From positions 64,001 through 128,000 of the forward strand of contig CAVXLD010000003.1 of NCBI GenBank assembly GCA_963762565.1: 64,000 nt of DNA. The letters run 5' to 3'. The notes under the pieces are model-generated. The model made no database searches. It was not told the DNA's origin and saw only the letters and a program-made list of their open reading frames with translations. Within the stretch, counting starts at the first letter, position 1; the number at the start of each line of letters is the position of its first letter. Both the position numbers and the translations under genes were made by a program. Source of the DNA: an uncultured Verrucomicrobiae bacterium (GTDB lineage Bacteria; Verrucomicrobiota; Verrucomicrobiia; Chthoniobacterales; JAFAMB01). Positions 38,307 to 48,277 of this stretch are shown here, in pieces.

Positions 38307-38984
38307 ATGAGCCAATACCATAAACTATACACCCCGGAAGACAGCGCTATTGTCTTCATCGATCACCAACCACAAATGACATTTGGCGTTGCCAGTATTG
38401 ACCGAGCTTTGCTCATCAATAATGTGACGCTGCTTGCCAAAGTCGCCAAGGAATTCGGCGTCCCAGTAGTCCTCACCGCCGTCGAAACGGAATCCTTTAG
38501 CGGTTATGTTTGGCCTCAACTTCTCAACGTTTTTCCAGGACAACCCGTCATTGAGCGAAGTTCCATGAATTCCTGGGATGAGCCCGGGTTCCGGGCAGCG
38601 ATCGAGGCTACCGGTAAAAAGAATATCCTCTTGTGCGGCCTCTGGACCGAGGTCTGCGTGACCTGGCCAGCGATCGAGATGCTCGGCGCCGGATATAACA
38701 TTTACGTGGTTGAAGATTGTTGTGGGGCGACTTCCCCGGCGGCTCACGAAGCTGCTTTGTCGCGAATGGTGCAAGCGGGCGCAGTCCGACTGACGACGAT
38801 TCCGGCATTACTCGAATGGCAGAGGGATTGGGCCAAGCGCGAACACTACAATCAGTTGATGGATCTATTGAAGCCGCAGGCCGGCGCCTACGGGGTCGGC
38901 GTGGAATACGCCTACACCATGGTTCACCACGCTCCGCAATCGGCTGCGAAACCGCAAATCGTGCCGAAGAAAGCTGCTCACTAG
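38307..38984 (+). CDS. Isochorismatase-family cysteine hydrolase (YcaC-like)
   Basis: FIDHQPQM, ERSSMNSWD and GLWTEVCV. Confidence 0.92.
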   Translation: MSQYHKLYTPEDSAIVFIDHQPQMTFGVASIDRALLINNVTLLAKVAKEFGVPVVLTAVETESFSGYVWPQLLNVFPGQPVIERSSMNSWDEPGFRAAIEATGKKNILLCGLWTEVCVTWPAIEMLGAGYNIYVVEDCCGATSPAAHEAALSRMVQAGAVRLTTIPALLEWQRDWAKREHYNQLMDLLKPQAGAYGVGVEYAYTMVHHAPQSAAKPQIVPKKAAH

Positions 38985-39002
38985 CATTCACCGAGAGCTT
39001 TC

Positions 39003-40841
39003 ATGAAGCAGATTGCTGACCTTATCCTGCAAAATGGGCGAATCACGACGCTCGATTCACAGTACCCTTCGGCTACCGAGGTTGTGATTGTTGGCGACAA
39101 AATTGCCGGAGTCGACAATTCCGCAGAATTCGAGCGAGGGCCGCAGACGAAAGTCGTCGACCTAAAAGGACGAAGAGTGATTCCTGGTCTCTATGATTCG
39201 CATCTGCACGTCATTCGCGGCGGTCTAAATTACAATATGGAGCTGCGTTGGGAGGGGGTACCTTCATTGTCCCTCGCTTTGGAGATGCTGCGTGCGCAAG
39301 CTGCCAGAACACCTGCACCCCAATGGGTGCGGGTGGTGGGGGGATGGACTGAATTTCAGTTCGTTGAGCGGAGAATGCCAACCTTGGAGGAGATCAACGC
39401 CGCCGCACCGGATACACCGGTCTTCGTTCTCCATTTGTACTGTCGGGCCTTGCTCAATCGTGCGGCACTGAAGGCGTGCGGCTATACGAAAGATACGCCC
39501 AATCCACCGGGAGGCGAGATCATACGGGACAAGGCTGGTAATCCGACCGGTATGTTGGTCGCCCGTCCCAATGCAGCGATCCTCTACGCCACGCTCGCCA
39601 AGGGGCCGAAACTTCCACCAGAATACCAGTATAATTCCACCCGGCATTTCATGCGGGAGCTCAACCGTCTCGGAGTAACCAGTGTATGCGACGCAGGAGG
39701 CGGATTTCAGAATTATCCAGAAGACTACGAGATCATCCAACAACTTCATCAGCGCGGTGAGATGACGGTTCGCATCGCTTACAATCTTTTCACCCAAAAA
39801 CCAGGCGGTGAGTTAGAAGATTTTGTGCGCTGGTCGAAGGTCGTTAAGCCGGGCCAAGGTGACGACATGTTCCGATGCAATGGAGCGGGGGAAATGTTAG
39901 TTTTCTCGGCGGCAGATTTCGAGGACTTCTTGGAGCCACGCCCTGACCTTCCGGAAAAACTTGAGAGCGAGTTAGAGCGCGTTGTTCGCTTTCTGGCCGA
40001 AAATCGATGGCCGTTCCGGATCCACGCGACCTACGAGGAATCGATCGACCGTTTCTTGAACATCTATGAAAGGGTTAATCACGATGTGCCTCTCGATGGG
40101 CTGCATTGGTTCTTCGATCATTGCGAGACGATATCGGATCGCAACATCGAGCGAGTGAAAGCACTCGGAGGCGGGATCGCCATTCAACATCGGATGGCGT
40201 TCCAAGGGGAATACTTCGTCGATCGCTATGGTGCGAAAGCGGCTCAGCGTACCCCGCCTCTGCGGCGCATGTTGGAAATGGGCGTACCGGTTGGAGCCGG
40301 CACTGACGCCACTCGAGTCGCCAGCTACAACCCTTTCGTTTCCCTGTATTGGATGACGGCGGGAAAAACCGTGGGAGGACTTCAGCTTTATCCGAATAAC
40401 GCATTGCTCTCGCGGGAAGAAGCGTTACGTCTCTACACTCAGGGCAGCACCTGGATGTCTCGGGACGAAGGAAAACGCGGCGCAATCTCGCCGGGTCAAC
40501 TAGCAGATCTAGCCGTCCTGAGTGACGACTACTTCGCGATTCCCGAAGAGGAAATAAAATCGCTCGAGTCGGTGTTAACTATCGTGGGTGGGAAGGCAGT
40601 TTACGCAGCCCAGGAATTTAAACCACTCGATCCAGATGATCTTCCGGTGATGCCAGATTGGTCACCGGTTCGTCACTATCCGGGATATTGGAAACAGGAA
40701 CACGAGTTGCACATGCATGGCTGTTGTGGGCATGAGCATCATGGAGAGCAGGCGGCTCGACGCAATCCCTCAAATATACCGCAGTGGATGCTTGGACCGC
40801 GCGGTCTTCTCGATGGCGGCTGCGAATGTTTTGGCTTCTGA
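39003..40841 (+). CDS. Amidohydrolase_3 (YtcJ-like) metal-dependent hydrolase
   Basis: PGLYDSHLH, RIHATY, DHCET and GTDATR; His/Cys-rich tail ending GCECFGF. Confidence 0.92.
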   Translation: MKQIADLILQNGRITTLDSQYPSATEVVIVGDKIAGVDNSAEFERGPQTKVVDLKGRRVIPGLYDSHLHVIRGGLNYNMELRWEGVPSLSLALEMLRAQAARTPAPQWVRVVGGWTEFQFVERRMPTLEEINAAAPDTPVFVLHLYCRALLNRAALKACGYTKDTPNPPGGEIIRDKAGNPTGMLVARPNAAILYATLAKGPKLPPEYQYNSTRHFMRELNRLGVTSVCDAGGGFQNYPEDYEIIQQLHQRGEMTVRIAYNLFTQKPGGELEDFVRWSKVVKPGQGDDMFRCNGAGEMLVFSAADFEDFLEPRPDLPEKLESELERVVRFLAENRWPFRIHATYEESIDRFLNIYERVNHDVPLDGLHWFFDHCETISDRNIERVKALGGGIAIQHRMAFQGEYFVDRYGAKAAQRTPPLRRMLEMGVPVGAGTDATRVASYNPFVSLYWMTAGKTVGGLQLYPNNALLSREEALRLYTQGSTWMSRDEGKRGAISPGQLADLAVLSDDYFAIPEEEIKSLESVLTIVGGKAVYAAQEFKPLDPDDLPVMPDWSPVRHYPGYWKQEHELHMHGCCGHEHHGEQAARRNPSNIPQWMLGPRGLLDGGCECFGF

Positions 40842-40996
40842 ACCCGCCTTCGCCAAGCCTACGGCGCGGCAGGCTACGAAATCACAACCGCGAATTAACA
40901 CGAATAAGAAACGCGAATGCACACGAATTTGAACCGCCAATCCATCTGTTACGGCGCGGCAGGCAGCGAAAAATTGCAGGCAAAATCCAACCACCT

Positions 40997-41719
40997 ATGA
41001 AAAACATCTTTGCAGTTGGCGCATTGCTTCTTGTCTATGCAGCGGCTTTTGCTGCGGATAACACCGCACCGGCCGAAAAGACTTTCGACGGGCCGCATGG
41101 CTTGAAGGTTTCAGTCAAAATGGCCGGCCCCTATTCAGAACCGGCCGATCTCCAAATTATCTGTCTCTTCAAACACAAGCCCGACGGTGACACCTACCAG
41201 GGAGCCGCCAAAGATACCGATCAGCACTTGCATGGCTTACTCTCCGGGTTGCGAAATCGTGATGAGTTTGTCGGCGAACTCGGAGAAACAATCCTTTTCA
41301 CCCCGTCCGCAGGCTCAATTCCTGCCAAGCGTTTTATGGTGATTGGGTTGGGCGACGAAAAAGATTTGTCGCTGGATTCACTCCGGGTAGTGGGGCGCAT
41401 CGCGGCTCGCGAAGCCGTTCGACTTCAGGCCAAGCACGTTGCTTGGGCGCCCGTCATTCGGGATGAAGGCAACAGTACTATCGACGTCGGCGAAGGTGAC
41501 CGGGTTTTTATCGAGCAAATGCTTTCCGCATATGACACGGAGAAACGTCTCCAGGAGCAGGAACTCGCGCCCAATTTCAGTATAGAGGATATCGTCATTG
41601 AAGCGGGACCGACGTTCTTCGAGAGCGCTGCAAAACAAGTCCACGAAGGTATTGAGGCCATGGCTGCGCAAGTGGCTCGGCGCAGCGCCACTCCCTATGC
41701 CTCCGCGACGATGCAGTGA
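40997..41719 (+). CDS. Secreted protein resembling the peptidase M17 N-terminal domain
   Basis: Signal peptide MKNIFAVGALLLVYAAAFA; FVGELGETILFT...KRFMVIGLGD; no M17 catalytic domain. Confidence 0.7.
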   Translation: MKNIFAVGALLLVYAAAFAADNTAPAEKTFDGPHGLKVSVKMAGPYSEPADLQIICLFKHKPDGDTYQGAAKDTDQHLHGLLSGLRNRDEFVGELGETILFTPSAGSIPAKRFMVIGLGDEKDLSLDSLRVVGRIAAREAVRLQAKHVAWAPVIRDEGNSTIDVGEGDRVFIEQMLSAYDTEKRLQEQELAPNFSIEDIVIEAGPTFFESAAKQVHEGIEAMAAQVARRSATPYASATMQ

Positions 41720-41739
41720 AACGAGGGCGGTGGCAAACC

Positions 41740-41925
41740 GGGAGGGCGCGCGTCCTCGCGCGCCGCGACGACGTGCCATAACCCAAAGATGCATTTCGCC
41801 GGTCGTTGGAATACGTGCTCGGCTCCGTTAACGACGGATCGCGAGGGTCCGACGTCGCCGAAGCTGGGAGAAAAGGAACCAGGAAGAGAAGGCTATGTCG
41901 GACAGGCAGCGATCCCTCCCGGGCG
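41740..41925 (+). repeat. Repeat family C with hairpin insert
   Basis: GGGAGGGCGCGCGTCCTCGCGCGCCGCG ... GCGATCCCTCCC; relatives at 46137, 46285 and 53241. Confidence 0.8.
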
Positions 41926-41962
41926 GTGGGCCGGCATTCAATCTGACAACGAAGGCCGCGAG

Positions 41963-42743
41963 CGTGACTAACCCACAATTACCATTTGCCCGAATCCTTC
42001 GAGACAGCCTGCTCGAGCTGGTCCTGACTTTTCTCATGCTTTTTGGCGTGGTCAGCATCGTCAGGTGGGTAATCGGGCCTTCACTGATTTCTCAAATGGT
42101 GCCGGACATCCATGCGGAGCTGTTGATCGTGGGTGTGGCCGTAGGGATCCTGATAGCCGGGCTGATCCTCAGTCCACCGGGAAGGATGAGCGGGGGACAC
42201 ATGAATCCAGCCATCTCTCTTGCGATGTGGCGATTCGGTGTCTTCCCTGGAGTTGGTGTAGTGCCCTATATCATCGCCCAGCTGCTCGGGTCCGTTCTTG
42301 GAGGGGTAGCAGCCCGTGTGGTCTGGGGTCCGGTCGTAGCAGCAGGGCCTGTTGCTTACGCGGTGCTACAGCCCGGACCAGGTTGGTCGACCGTGACACT
42401 GTTCACGGCGGAGACCGTCAGTATGGCGATCATCGTTCTGCTGGTAGGCTCTTGTCTGGCAGTTCCCCGGCTTGCCCCGCTTGTCCCTTGGATTGTAGGT
42501 GGAGCGATCGGAATAGCGATTGCGGTGCTCGGCACCTCCACTGGGGGCAGCGTGAATCCGGCTCGCCAATTTGGGCCGGCTACGCTGTCGAGCCAGACAA
42601 ATTTTCTTTGGGTGTATTTGCTTGCCCCAATGGTGGGGGCGTTACTTGCCGCATGGCTGCGGGAGATTATTCAACGACATCGAGAGGTACTAACACATAG
42701 GCTATGCGGAACTAATCGCGATGGCGGCGCATTATCGGGTTAA
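41963..42743 (+). CDS. MIP/aquaporin family channel
   Basis: SGGHMNPA and GGSVNPAR with six TM-like segments. ATG 41895 falls in repeat C, so GTG 41963 is preferred. Confidence 0.88.
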
Positions 42744-42774
42744 AAGACGAGCGAAATGTGTAATGGATATCTCC

Positions 42775-42856
42775 CGCCCCTTCGGGGCGGACGTTTTTTT
42801 CGTCGATACCCGGGGTTAAAACCCCGGGCTGAGTTCTATAGTCCCTTTGGGACAAA
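42775..42856. repeat. Half REP-like element (three short hairpins)
   Basis: CGCCCCTTCGGGGCG, CCCGGGGTTAAAACCCCGGG and GTCCCTTTGGGAC; same layout as the arm at 22517-22601. Confidence 0.65.
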
Positions 42857-44409
42857 CCGGAAGGCGTCGGTCTTCCAAGAATCTGCTAAGTCCGGTGAAA
42901 GCTTTCGCTAATTTCCCACTGATCTTGAGCGCGTCCGCGTCGCTCGCACTGATCCCAAGCGCAATGGGCGCCCAACCGGCCCTTAATAATTCGTTGTCGG
43001 TTCAGGACACTGCGATCCAACCGGAGTCAATCGTTTCGGGCTACCCAGTCTCACCGACTTATACTCTTTTGCGCTACGATGAAGATTATAGCTTCCTGGC
43101 CAATCCAGCCAATCGAACTGAGGCCCTGGATCTGATAAAATACATCCCGCTTTTTGACTGGGGTCAATTTTACTTTGTCTCTCTTGGTGGCGATATCCGC
43201 GAACAGTATGAGTTTATTGAAAACGATAACTTCGGGTTAGGTTCTGTAAATAACCACGGCTACTGGCTGCAGCGTATCATGCTGCATAACGATTGGCATT
43301 TCGGGCCGTTCTTTCGCGCCTTCGTACAACTTAAAACGTCCGAGGAAGAAGGACGGCAACCCGGGCCGCGCCCAATCGATCGAAAACGGCTCGACTTTAG
43401 TCAAGCGTTTGTCGATTTCAGTTATCCTCGAACAAATCTGTCGGCGGACACGAGTTGGCTCAAGCTTAGACTCGGGCGACAAGAGATCGATTTTGGGGAC
43501 GAAAGACTCCTGGCCGTCCGTGAAGGGCCGAATTCTGAACAGAGCTTTGATGGTGCTCGCCTGACTCTTAACTCGCCCCAAGGCCGGGTGGATCTCTTTG
43601 CGCTACGGGTTGATGCGGACCGATCCGGTTACTTTGATAACGATCCAGGTTGGAGTAATGAGACCGTCTGGGGTCTGTATTCAACTTTTCCTCTGACGAC
43701 CAAGTCCACGGCGGCGGCGTTCAATAACATCAGTTTGGACCTGTTTTATATTGGGTTTCAACATAGCGATGCGAGGTTTAATGAAGGTATTGGGGACGAG
43801 GTTCGTCATTCAGTCGGTGGACGACTATGGAGAGCGCACCACATCAACGGACTCGATTTTAACCTGTTTGGCGTTTACCAATTTGGAAGCTTCGCTGGGA
43901 GGCAGATCAGCGCGTTCAGCGCCGCGATTGATGCCGGGTACAAGCTGTTCAATCTTCCGTGGGCGCCCAGAATCGCTAGCAGTCTGCAGATCTCGAGCGG
44001 CGGTGGTAACGGACGGTTGGAGACCTTTAATGCGATGTTTCCGGCGGGTTATTACTATGGCGGGAGCTTGGTGGGACAGATTGGTCCGGCCAACGCGATC
44101 ATTGTCCAGCCAGAACTCGACTTACACCCTACGGCAACTTTAGGCGTCTATCTGAAGACCTTGTTCGTTTGGCGCGAGGATACCGCTGATGGATTATACA
44201 ACACACCCGGTGGGGTAATCGTTCCGGGCTCGAGCAACAACCGGCGATACGTCGGGGCATCGCCTGAGCTACTTGTTACCCAGCAAATAGGCAGACATCT
44301 GTCCATTTCCCTAAGCTACTATCATTTCTCTCGAGGAGGATTTCTAACCAGCCAGGGGGGAACGAAGGATGTCGATTATTTTTCTACTTGGATGAGCTAC
44401 ACTTTTTAA
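42847..44409 (+). CDS. Alginate-export-family outer-membrane beta-barrel
   Basis: LRYDEDYSFL...IKYIPL, LGRQE, VREGPN..QSFDG and terminal aromatic YTF; true start likely downstream of 42847. Confidence 0.85.
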   Translation: MGQTGRRRSSKNLLSPVKAFANFPLILSASASLALIPSAMGAQPALNNSLSVQDTAIQPESIVSGYPVSPTYTLLRYDEDYSFLANPANRTEALDLIKYIPLFDWGQFYFVSLGGDIREQYEFIENDNFGLGSVNNHGYWLQRIMLHNDWHFGPFFRAFVQLKTSEEEGRQPGPRPIDRKRLDFSQAFVDFSYPRTNLSADTSWLKLRLGRQEIDFGDERLLAVREGPNSEQSFDGARLTLNSPQGRVDLFALRVDADRSGYFDNDPGWSNETVWGLYSTFPLTTKSTAAAFNNISLDLFYIGFQHSDARFNEGIGDEVRHSVGGRLWRAHHINGLDFNLFGVYQFGSFAGRQISAFSAAIDAGYKLFNLPWAPRIASSLQISSGGGNGRLETFNAMFPAGYYYGGSLVGQIGPANAIIVQPELDLHPTATLGVYLKTLFVWREDTADGLYNTPGGVIVPGSSNNRRYVGASPELLVTQQIGRHLSISLSYYHFSRGGFLTSQGGTKDVDYFSTWMSYTF

Positions 44410-44440
44410 AGCAGTAGCTTCAAGTTCTGCGCGAATCAAA

Positions 44441-44817
44441 GCGTTCGGCGTTTGGCGTTCGGCGGGCGAGCAATGTGGGCGTAGCCGGACGATGGCACAG
44501 GATGCCGCGAATCCGCGCTGCGACCGAATGGGACCCGCCTCCGCCAAGCCTACGGCGCGGCAGGCTTTATAGGACCTATGGGACCTATGGGTCATCCTAT
44601 TAGTCCCATCAGTATCTCCAACCCGCTACGCGGGTGCTTTTCGGACTTGGCGCAGTACTCCAACACTCCCACACTCCATCACTCCGCGTGGCCGGATTCG
44701 AGGACGAGGACGACGACGAGGACGAGAACGAAGCGCCTTGTGAGTCCTATAGGTCCCATCCGCTCGCAGCGCCAAACGCCAAACGCCGAACGCCACGTTA
44801 TTTATGGGACAGGACAC
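44441..44817. repeat. Composite nested repeat cluster (heptamer arms, 9-mer arms, mini-hairpin, empty family A copy, MITE end)
   Basis: GCGTTCGGCGTTTGGCG / CGCCAAACGCCGAACGC outer arms; family A (minus) about 44608-44738; MITE end 44792-44817. Confidence 0.8.
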
Positions 44818-44846
44818 CAAAAGTAGGATTAATAGATCCGAAGCTC

Positions 44847-45446
44847 ATGAAGATTCCTATTTGGGTCGTCACACTCTTTCTGTTTGTCTGCGACGCGACT
44901 CTCTTGTTTGCTCAGAGTTCATCCCCAAGTCCGGCGCAGGCTCATCTGCCCGATCTTAAATCGCATCCAGATTGGCCAAGAGCGAATGAGGCCGATGTTG
45001 CCACCATCGAAAGTACGGTGCGAGCGTTCTGTGACGCGATTTCAGCGCCGGCCGGAGGAAAATTGAATCGGGATCGTTTGCGTTCCTTATTCGTGCCCGC
45101 AGGACGCATCGTTGCGAGTCGTCCCCCAGGCTCTTCCCGAGCTGCAGATGTGATATTTCTATCGCCCGACGAGTATGCGGATATCTCTGACTCTCAGACC
45201 GTTTCCAAGGGATTCTTCGACCGCAATCTGGCTAACCAAATCGAGCGCTTCGGCGTCATGGCGCACGTCTACTCAACCTACGAGTCGCGCTTCGATCCCA
45301 ACAGTACCAAGCCCGTGGCACGCGGCATCAAATCATTTGAGCTATTAAACAGCGACAACCGTTGGTACATCGTCCAGATGTACTGGGATTCAGAACGGTC
45401 CGACAATCCAATTCCTGATCACTATCTGCACGACAGCGTTGAATAG
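44847..45446 (+). CDS. Secreted NTF2/SnoaL-like fold protein
   Basis: Signal peptide; FGVMAHVYSTYE, RGIKSFELL and RWYIVQMYWD. Confidence 0.7.
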   Translation: MKIPIWVVTLFLFVCDATLLFAQSSSPSPAQAHLPDLKSHPDWPRANEADVATIESTVRAFCDAISAPAGGKLNRDRLRSLFVPAGRIVASRPPGSSRAADVIFLSPDEYADISDSQTVSKGFFDRNLANQIERFGVMAHVYSTYESRFDPNSTKPVARGIKSFELLNSDNRWYIVQMYWDSERSDNPIPDHYLHDSVE

Positions 45447-45462
45447 AGGTCGCCCAATTATC

Positions 45463-45671
45463 TTTCACACAGAAGGCCACAGAGGTAACCGCGAATGGAC
45501 ACCAAGGGACGTAAGAAGAGAAAACGAACCGCAGATTAACGCAGATGGACGCAGATCGGGGTCAATGGCGTAGTCGAAGTCCAAGCCGAAATCTGCGTCC
45601 ATCTGCGGTTAGGTTTTCCTTGGCGTTCATTTGTGCCTATTCACGGGTGCCTTTGTGGCGTTCTGTGTGAA
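45463..45671. repeat. Triple-nested palindrome (about 210 bp)
   Basis: TCACACAGAA/TTCTGTGTGA outer, CCAAGG/CCTTGG middle, AACCGCAGAT/ATCTGCGGTT inner arms. Confidence 0.8.
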
Positions 45672-45689
45672 GACAGAGGAGCAAATGCC

Positions 45690-46076
45690 ATGACTAAAAC
45701 AGATCTGTCCGCCATTTACGGAGACTATATCGACTGTCTTAATAAGCAGGACTGGCAGAGGCTGGAACAGTTCGTTCACGACGAAGTGTACTACAACGGA
45801 AAGCAGATCCGCTTACAAGGCTATCGCAAGATGTTGGAGGGAGATTTCGAGGAAATTCCTAATCTTCGTTTTAATATCCAATTGCTAATTTGCGACCCGC
45901 CTTACATAGCAAGCCGGCTGGCATTCAACTGTTCTCCAAAGGGAAACTTCCTTGGCCTCCCGGTAAGCGGGAAGAGAGTTTCTTTTACCGAAAACGTTTT
46001 CTACGAATTTCGAGCAGAAAAGATTTACGAAGTGTGGTCGGTAATAGATAAGGCAGCTATCGAAGCGCAGATCTAG
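45690..46076 (+). CDS. SnoaL-like ester cyclase
   Basis: YIDCLNKQDW, IASRLAFNCSPKG and VWSVIDKAAIEAQ; GAGGAG RBS. Confidence 0.88.
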   Translation: MTKTDLSAIYGDYIDCLNKQDWQRLEQFVHDEVYYNGKQIRLQGYRKMLEGDFEEIPNLRFNIQLLICDPPYIASRLAFNCSPKGNFLGLPVSGKRVSFTENVFYEFRAEKIYEVWSVIDKAAIEAQI

Positions 46077-46136
46077 GAAGGCAAACTATTTCTCATCGGC
46101 GCTCTGCGCGGAGCCACGCGGTCTCGGTGCAATTTG

Positions 46137-46367
46137 GGGAGGGCGCGCGTCCCCGCGCGCCGCGAGGATGTGCCACAGCCCAGGGCGTATTTTCGTCGGT
46201 GATTAAAACAAGTGCTCGGCTTCGTTAACAACGGATCGCGAGGACGCGATCCCTCCCGGCGATGGGCCCGTGGTTACGTATTCGGGGAGGGCGCGCGTCC
46301 CCGCGCGCCGCGAGGACGTGCCATTCCTCAAAGGTGTATTTTCGTCGGAGGACGCGATCCCTCCCGG
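46137..46367 (+). repeat. Two tandem empty copies of repeat family C
   Basis: GGGAGGGCGCGCGTCCCCGCGCGCCGCGAGGA...GAGGACGCGATCCCTCCC twice. Confidence 0.85.
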
Positions 46368-46441
46368 ATGTAGGTCCGTATTTGTTAGGAGGACGAGAAC
46401 GAAGCGCCGAACGCCGAACGCCGAACGCCAAACGCCAAACG

Positions 46442-47077
46442 TCACGAAACTCGCCGCCAGGACGGTTGCGTAGGGTCCACGAGACGGATGTCCACTGGGC
46501 CCTCGCCGAAGACCGCGATGATCACTGGCTCTTTTCCTTCGGCGGGCACACCGTCGTAGTGCCAGGTGCGTGCGTGGCGCAGAACAAATCCTCCGGCGCG
46601 AACCGGTACGGCCTGTACGGGAGTGAAGTCCGAGCCGCTGTTGACCCACCACGTTCCGGACAGAACCACGCAGATACGGTCCGTTCTGTAGTTGTGTGGC
46701 GCACTGAACCAGCCCGGGTTCCACTTCATCAAGACCAGGTATGGGCCGGGCTTGTTCAGGTCGCCATACATCATTGCCATCTCGCCGCTGCCGGAAGGCA
46801 GACCTTCCCACGGCTTAAATTGAATCTCGTTTGGCTGTACGACGAAAGTTTCGTTCGGACTGATTGGGCCGGCTTGGGCTTCCGAACTGGCAAGCTCCAG
46901 CAGCAAGCCGGCGATAGGTCCTCCAACCAGGCCGAGTAAGGCAGTACCCAATGCCATTCGGCGAGTAACGTATAAGGCAGACGCGCTTGGGTCTGCGGTG
47001 ACGGATTGTTGACTATCCTGCAAGGCATGGTTAGTGCGGAGGCTTCCCGGCTTCGTGTTAGCGATCTTGTTGGACAT
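46442..47077 (-). CDS. Cupin-domain protein with possible Tat signal
   Basis: TRRMAL plus hydrophobic stretch; GDLNKPGPY, SAPHNY, VVLSGTWW and WHYDG. Confidence 0.8.
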   Translation of the reverse strand: MSNKIANTKPGSLRTNHALQDSQQSVTADPSASALYVTRRMALGTALLGLVGGPIAGLLLELASSEAQAGPISPNETFVVQPNEIQFKPWEGLPSGSGEMAMMYGDLNKPGPYLVLMKWNPGWFSAPHNYRTDRICVVLSGTWWVNSGSDFTPVQAVPVRAGGFVLRHARTWHYDGVPAEGKEPVIIAVFGEGPVDIRLVDPTQPSWRRVS

Positions 47078-47249
47078 GGAATTCTCTTTTCTAACTTAGA
47101 ATTCCACTGTTTCACGTTTCCCAGCTAGTACCGCGACGGGTGTTTATTTCCCACTCGAACGGGTAGGGGAGTTCGCCCGATATGTGTCTTGCTGGGCAAA
47201 TAGGACCAAGGCGAGAAAACCGGCTAAACGCGCACATTGACACGCGCCT

Positions 47250-47415
47250 TCAGCATCTCCAATCCGCCAAGGCGGATGCTTTTCGGACTTGGCGCAGTAC
47301 TCCAACACTCCACACTCCCCGCCCGCAACGCTTCGCGTAGCGATGCGGGCGGGCATCACTCCGCGTGCCGGATTCGAGGACGAGGACGACGACGAGGACG
47401 AGAACGAAGCACCTT
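47250..47415 (-). repeat. Repeat family A, empty form, with a 36-bp palindrome in the octamer tract
   Basis: Matches 44608-44738 apart from CCCGCCCGCAACGCTTCGCGTAGCGATGCGGGCGGG at 47318-47353. Confidence 0.85.
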
Positions 47416-47645
47416 GTGAGCGCTAGACCGTTTGTCGTCGCAATCCTTGGGCTTCGCCCACTTCATAAGCAAACCTCTCGGCTGGAACGGTGTAACGATG
47501 GGAGTATGCAAGAGTGGGTAAAATGGGGTCCCAAAACGTCGAAGCTCCGCCGGCAATAAGGGCCAATGAGGCTACGAACAAGATTATACTTATCATCCAA
47601 ACAGATTATGTATATAATCTATGGTAGTCAAATCAGTTTTCCGTT

Positions 47646-48257
47646 ATGGGCTATTCACAAGATCAGAAAATTAAAACTCATGACCGTATCGTCCGCACCG
47701 CCTCCAAACGTTTCCGCGAGAAGGGCCTTGCCGGCGTCGCCATTGCCGATCTGATGAAAGAGATCGGCCTTACCGTTGGCGGCTTTTATAAGCACTTCGA
47801 TTCCCGCGACGATCTGGTAGCCGAATCAGTCAAGGCCGCCACCGGACCCTTGCAAAAACAATTGTTGGCGGCCGAGTCGGGCGAGGCCGCGTTGACCTAC
47901 GGTAGCCTGGTCGATTCCTATCTGAGCGAGGCTCATCGTGATCATCCCGGCACCGGATGTCCGGTAAGCGCACTGGCATGCGACATCGCCCGAGGCAGTA
48001 AACATATTCGTTCTCTCCTGACCGAAAAGGTCAAAAGCAGTCTCGAGCTGTTTGCAAATTTGCTGCCTCCCGAGGAAAGCGCAGCCCGACGAAAAGCGAT
48101 CCTCACCGTGTCCGCATTACTTGGGGCCCTTGAGCTGGCGCGGGCGGTGTCGGATCAAACACTGTCCGATGAAATATTGGAATCGACGCGGGAGGCACTG
48201 CGACAACTCGTCAGCGGAGACGGCGAAAGCCATGTTACTTATGGGACAGGACACTAG
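47646..48257 (+). CDS. TetR/AcrR regulator; C-terminus supplied by a MITE end
   Basis: ASKRFREKG...IADLMKEIGLTVGGFYKHFDSRDDL; last residues DGESHVTYGTGH* come from MITE sequence 48219-48254. Confidence 0.9.
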   Translation: MGYSQDQKIKTHDRIVRTASKRFREKGLAGVAIADLMKEIGLTVGGFYKHFDSRDDLVAESVKAATGPLQKQLLAAESGEAALTYGSLVDSYLSEAHRDHPGTGCPVSALACDIARGSKHIRSLLTEKVKSSLELFANLLPPEESAARRKAILTVSALLGALELARAVSDQTLSDEILESTREALRQLVSGDGESHVTYGTGH

Positions 48258-48277
48258 CAACAGGCCGGGTCCTGGGA

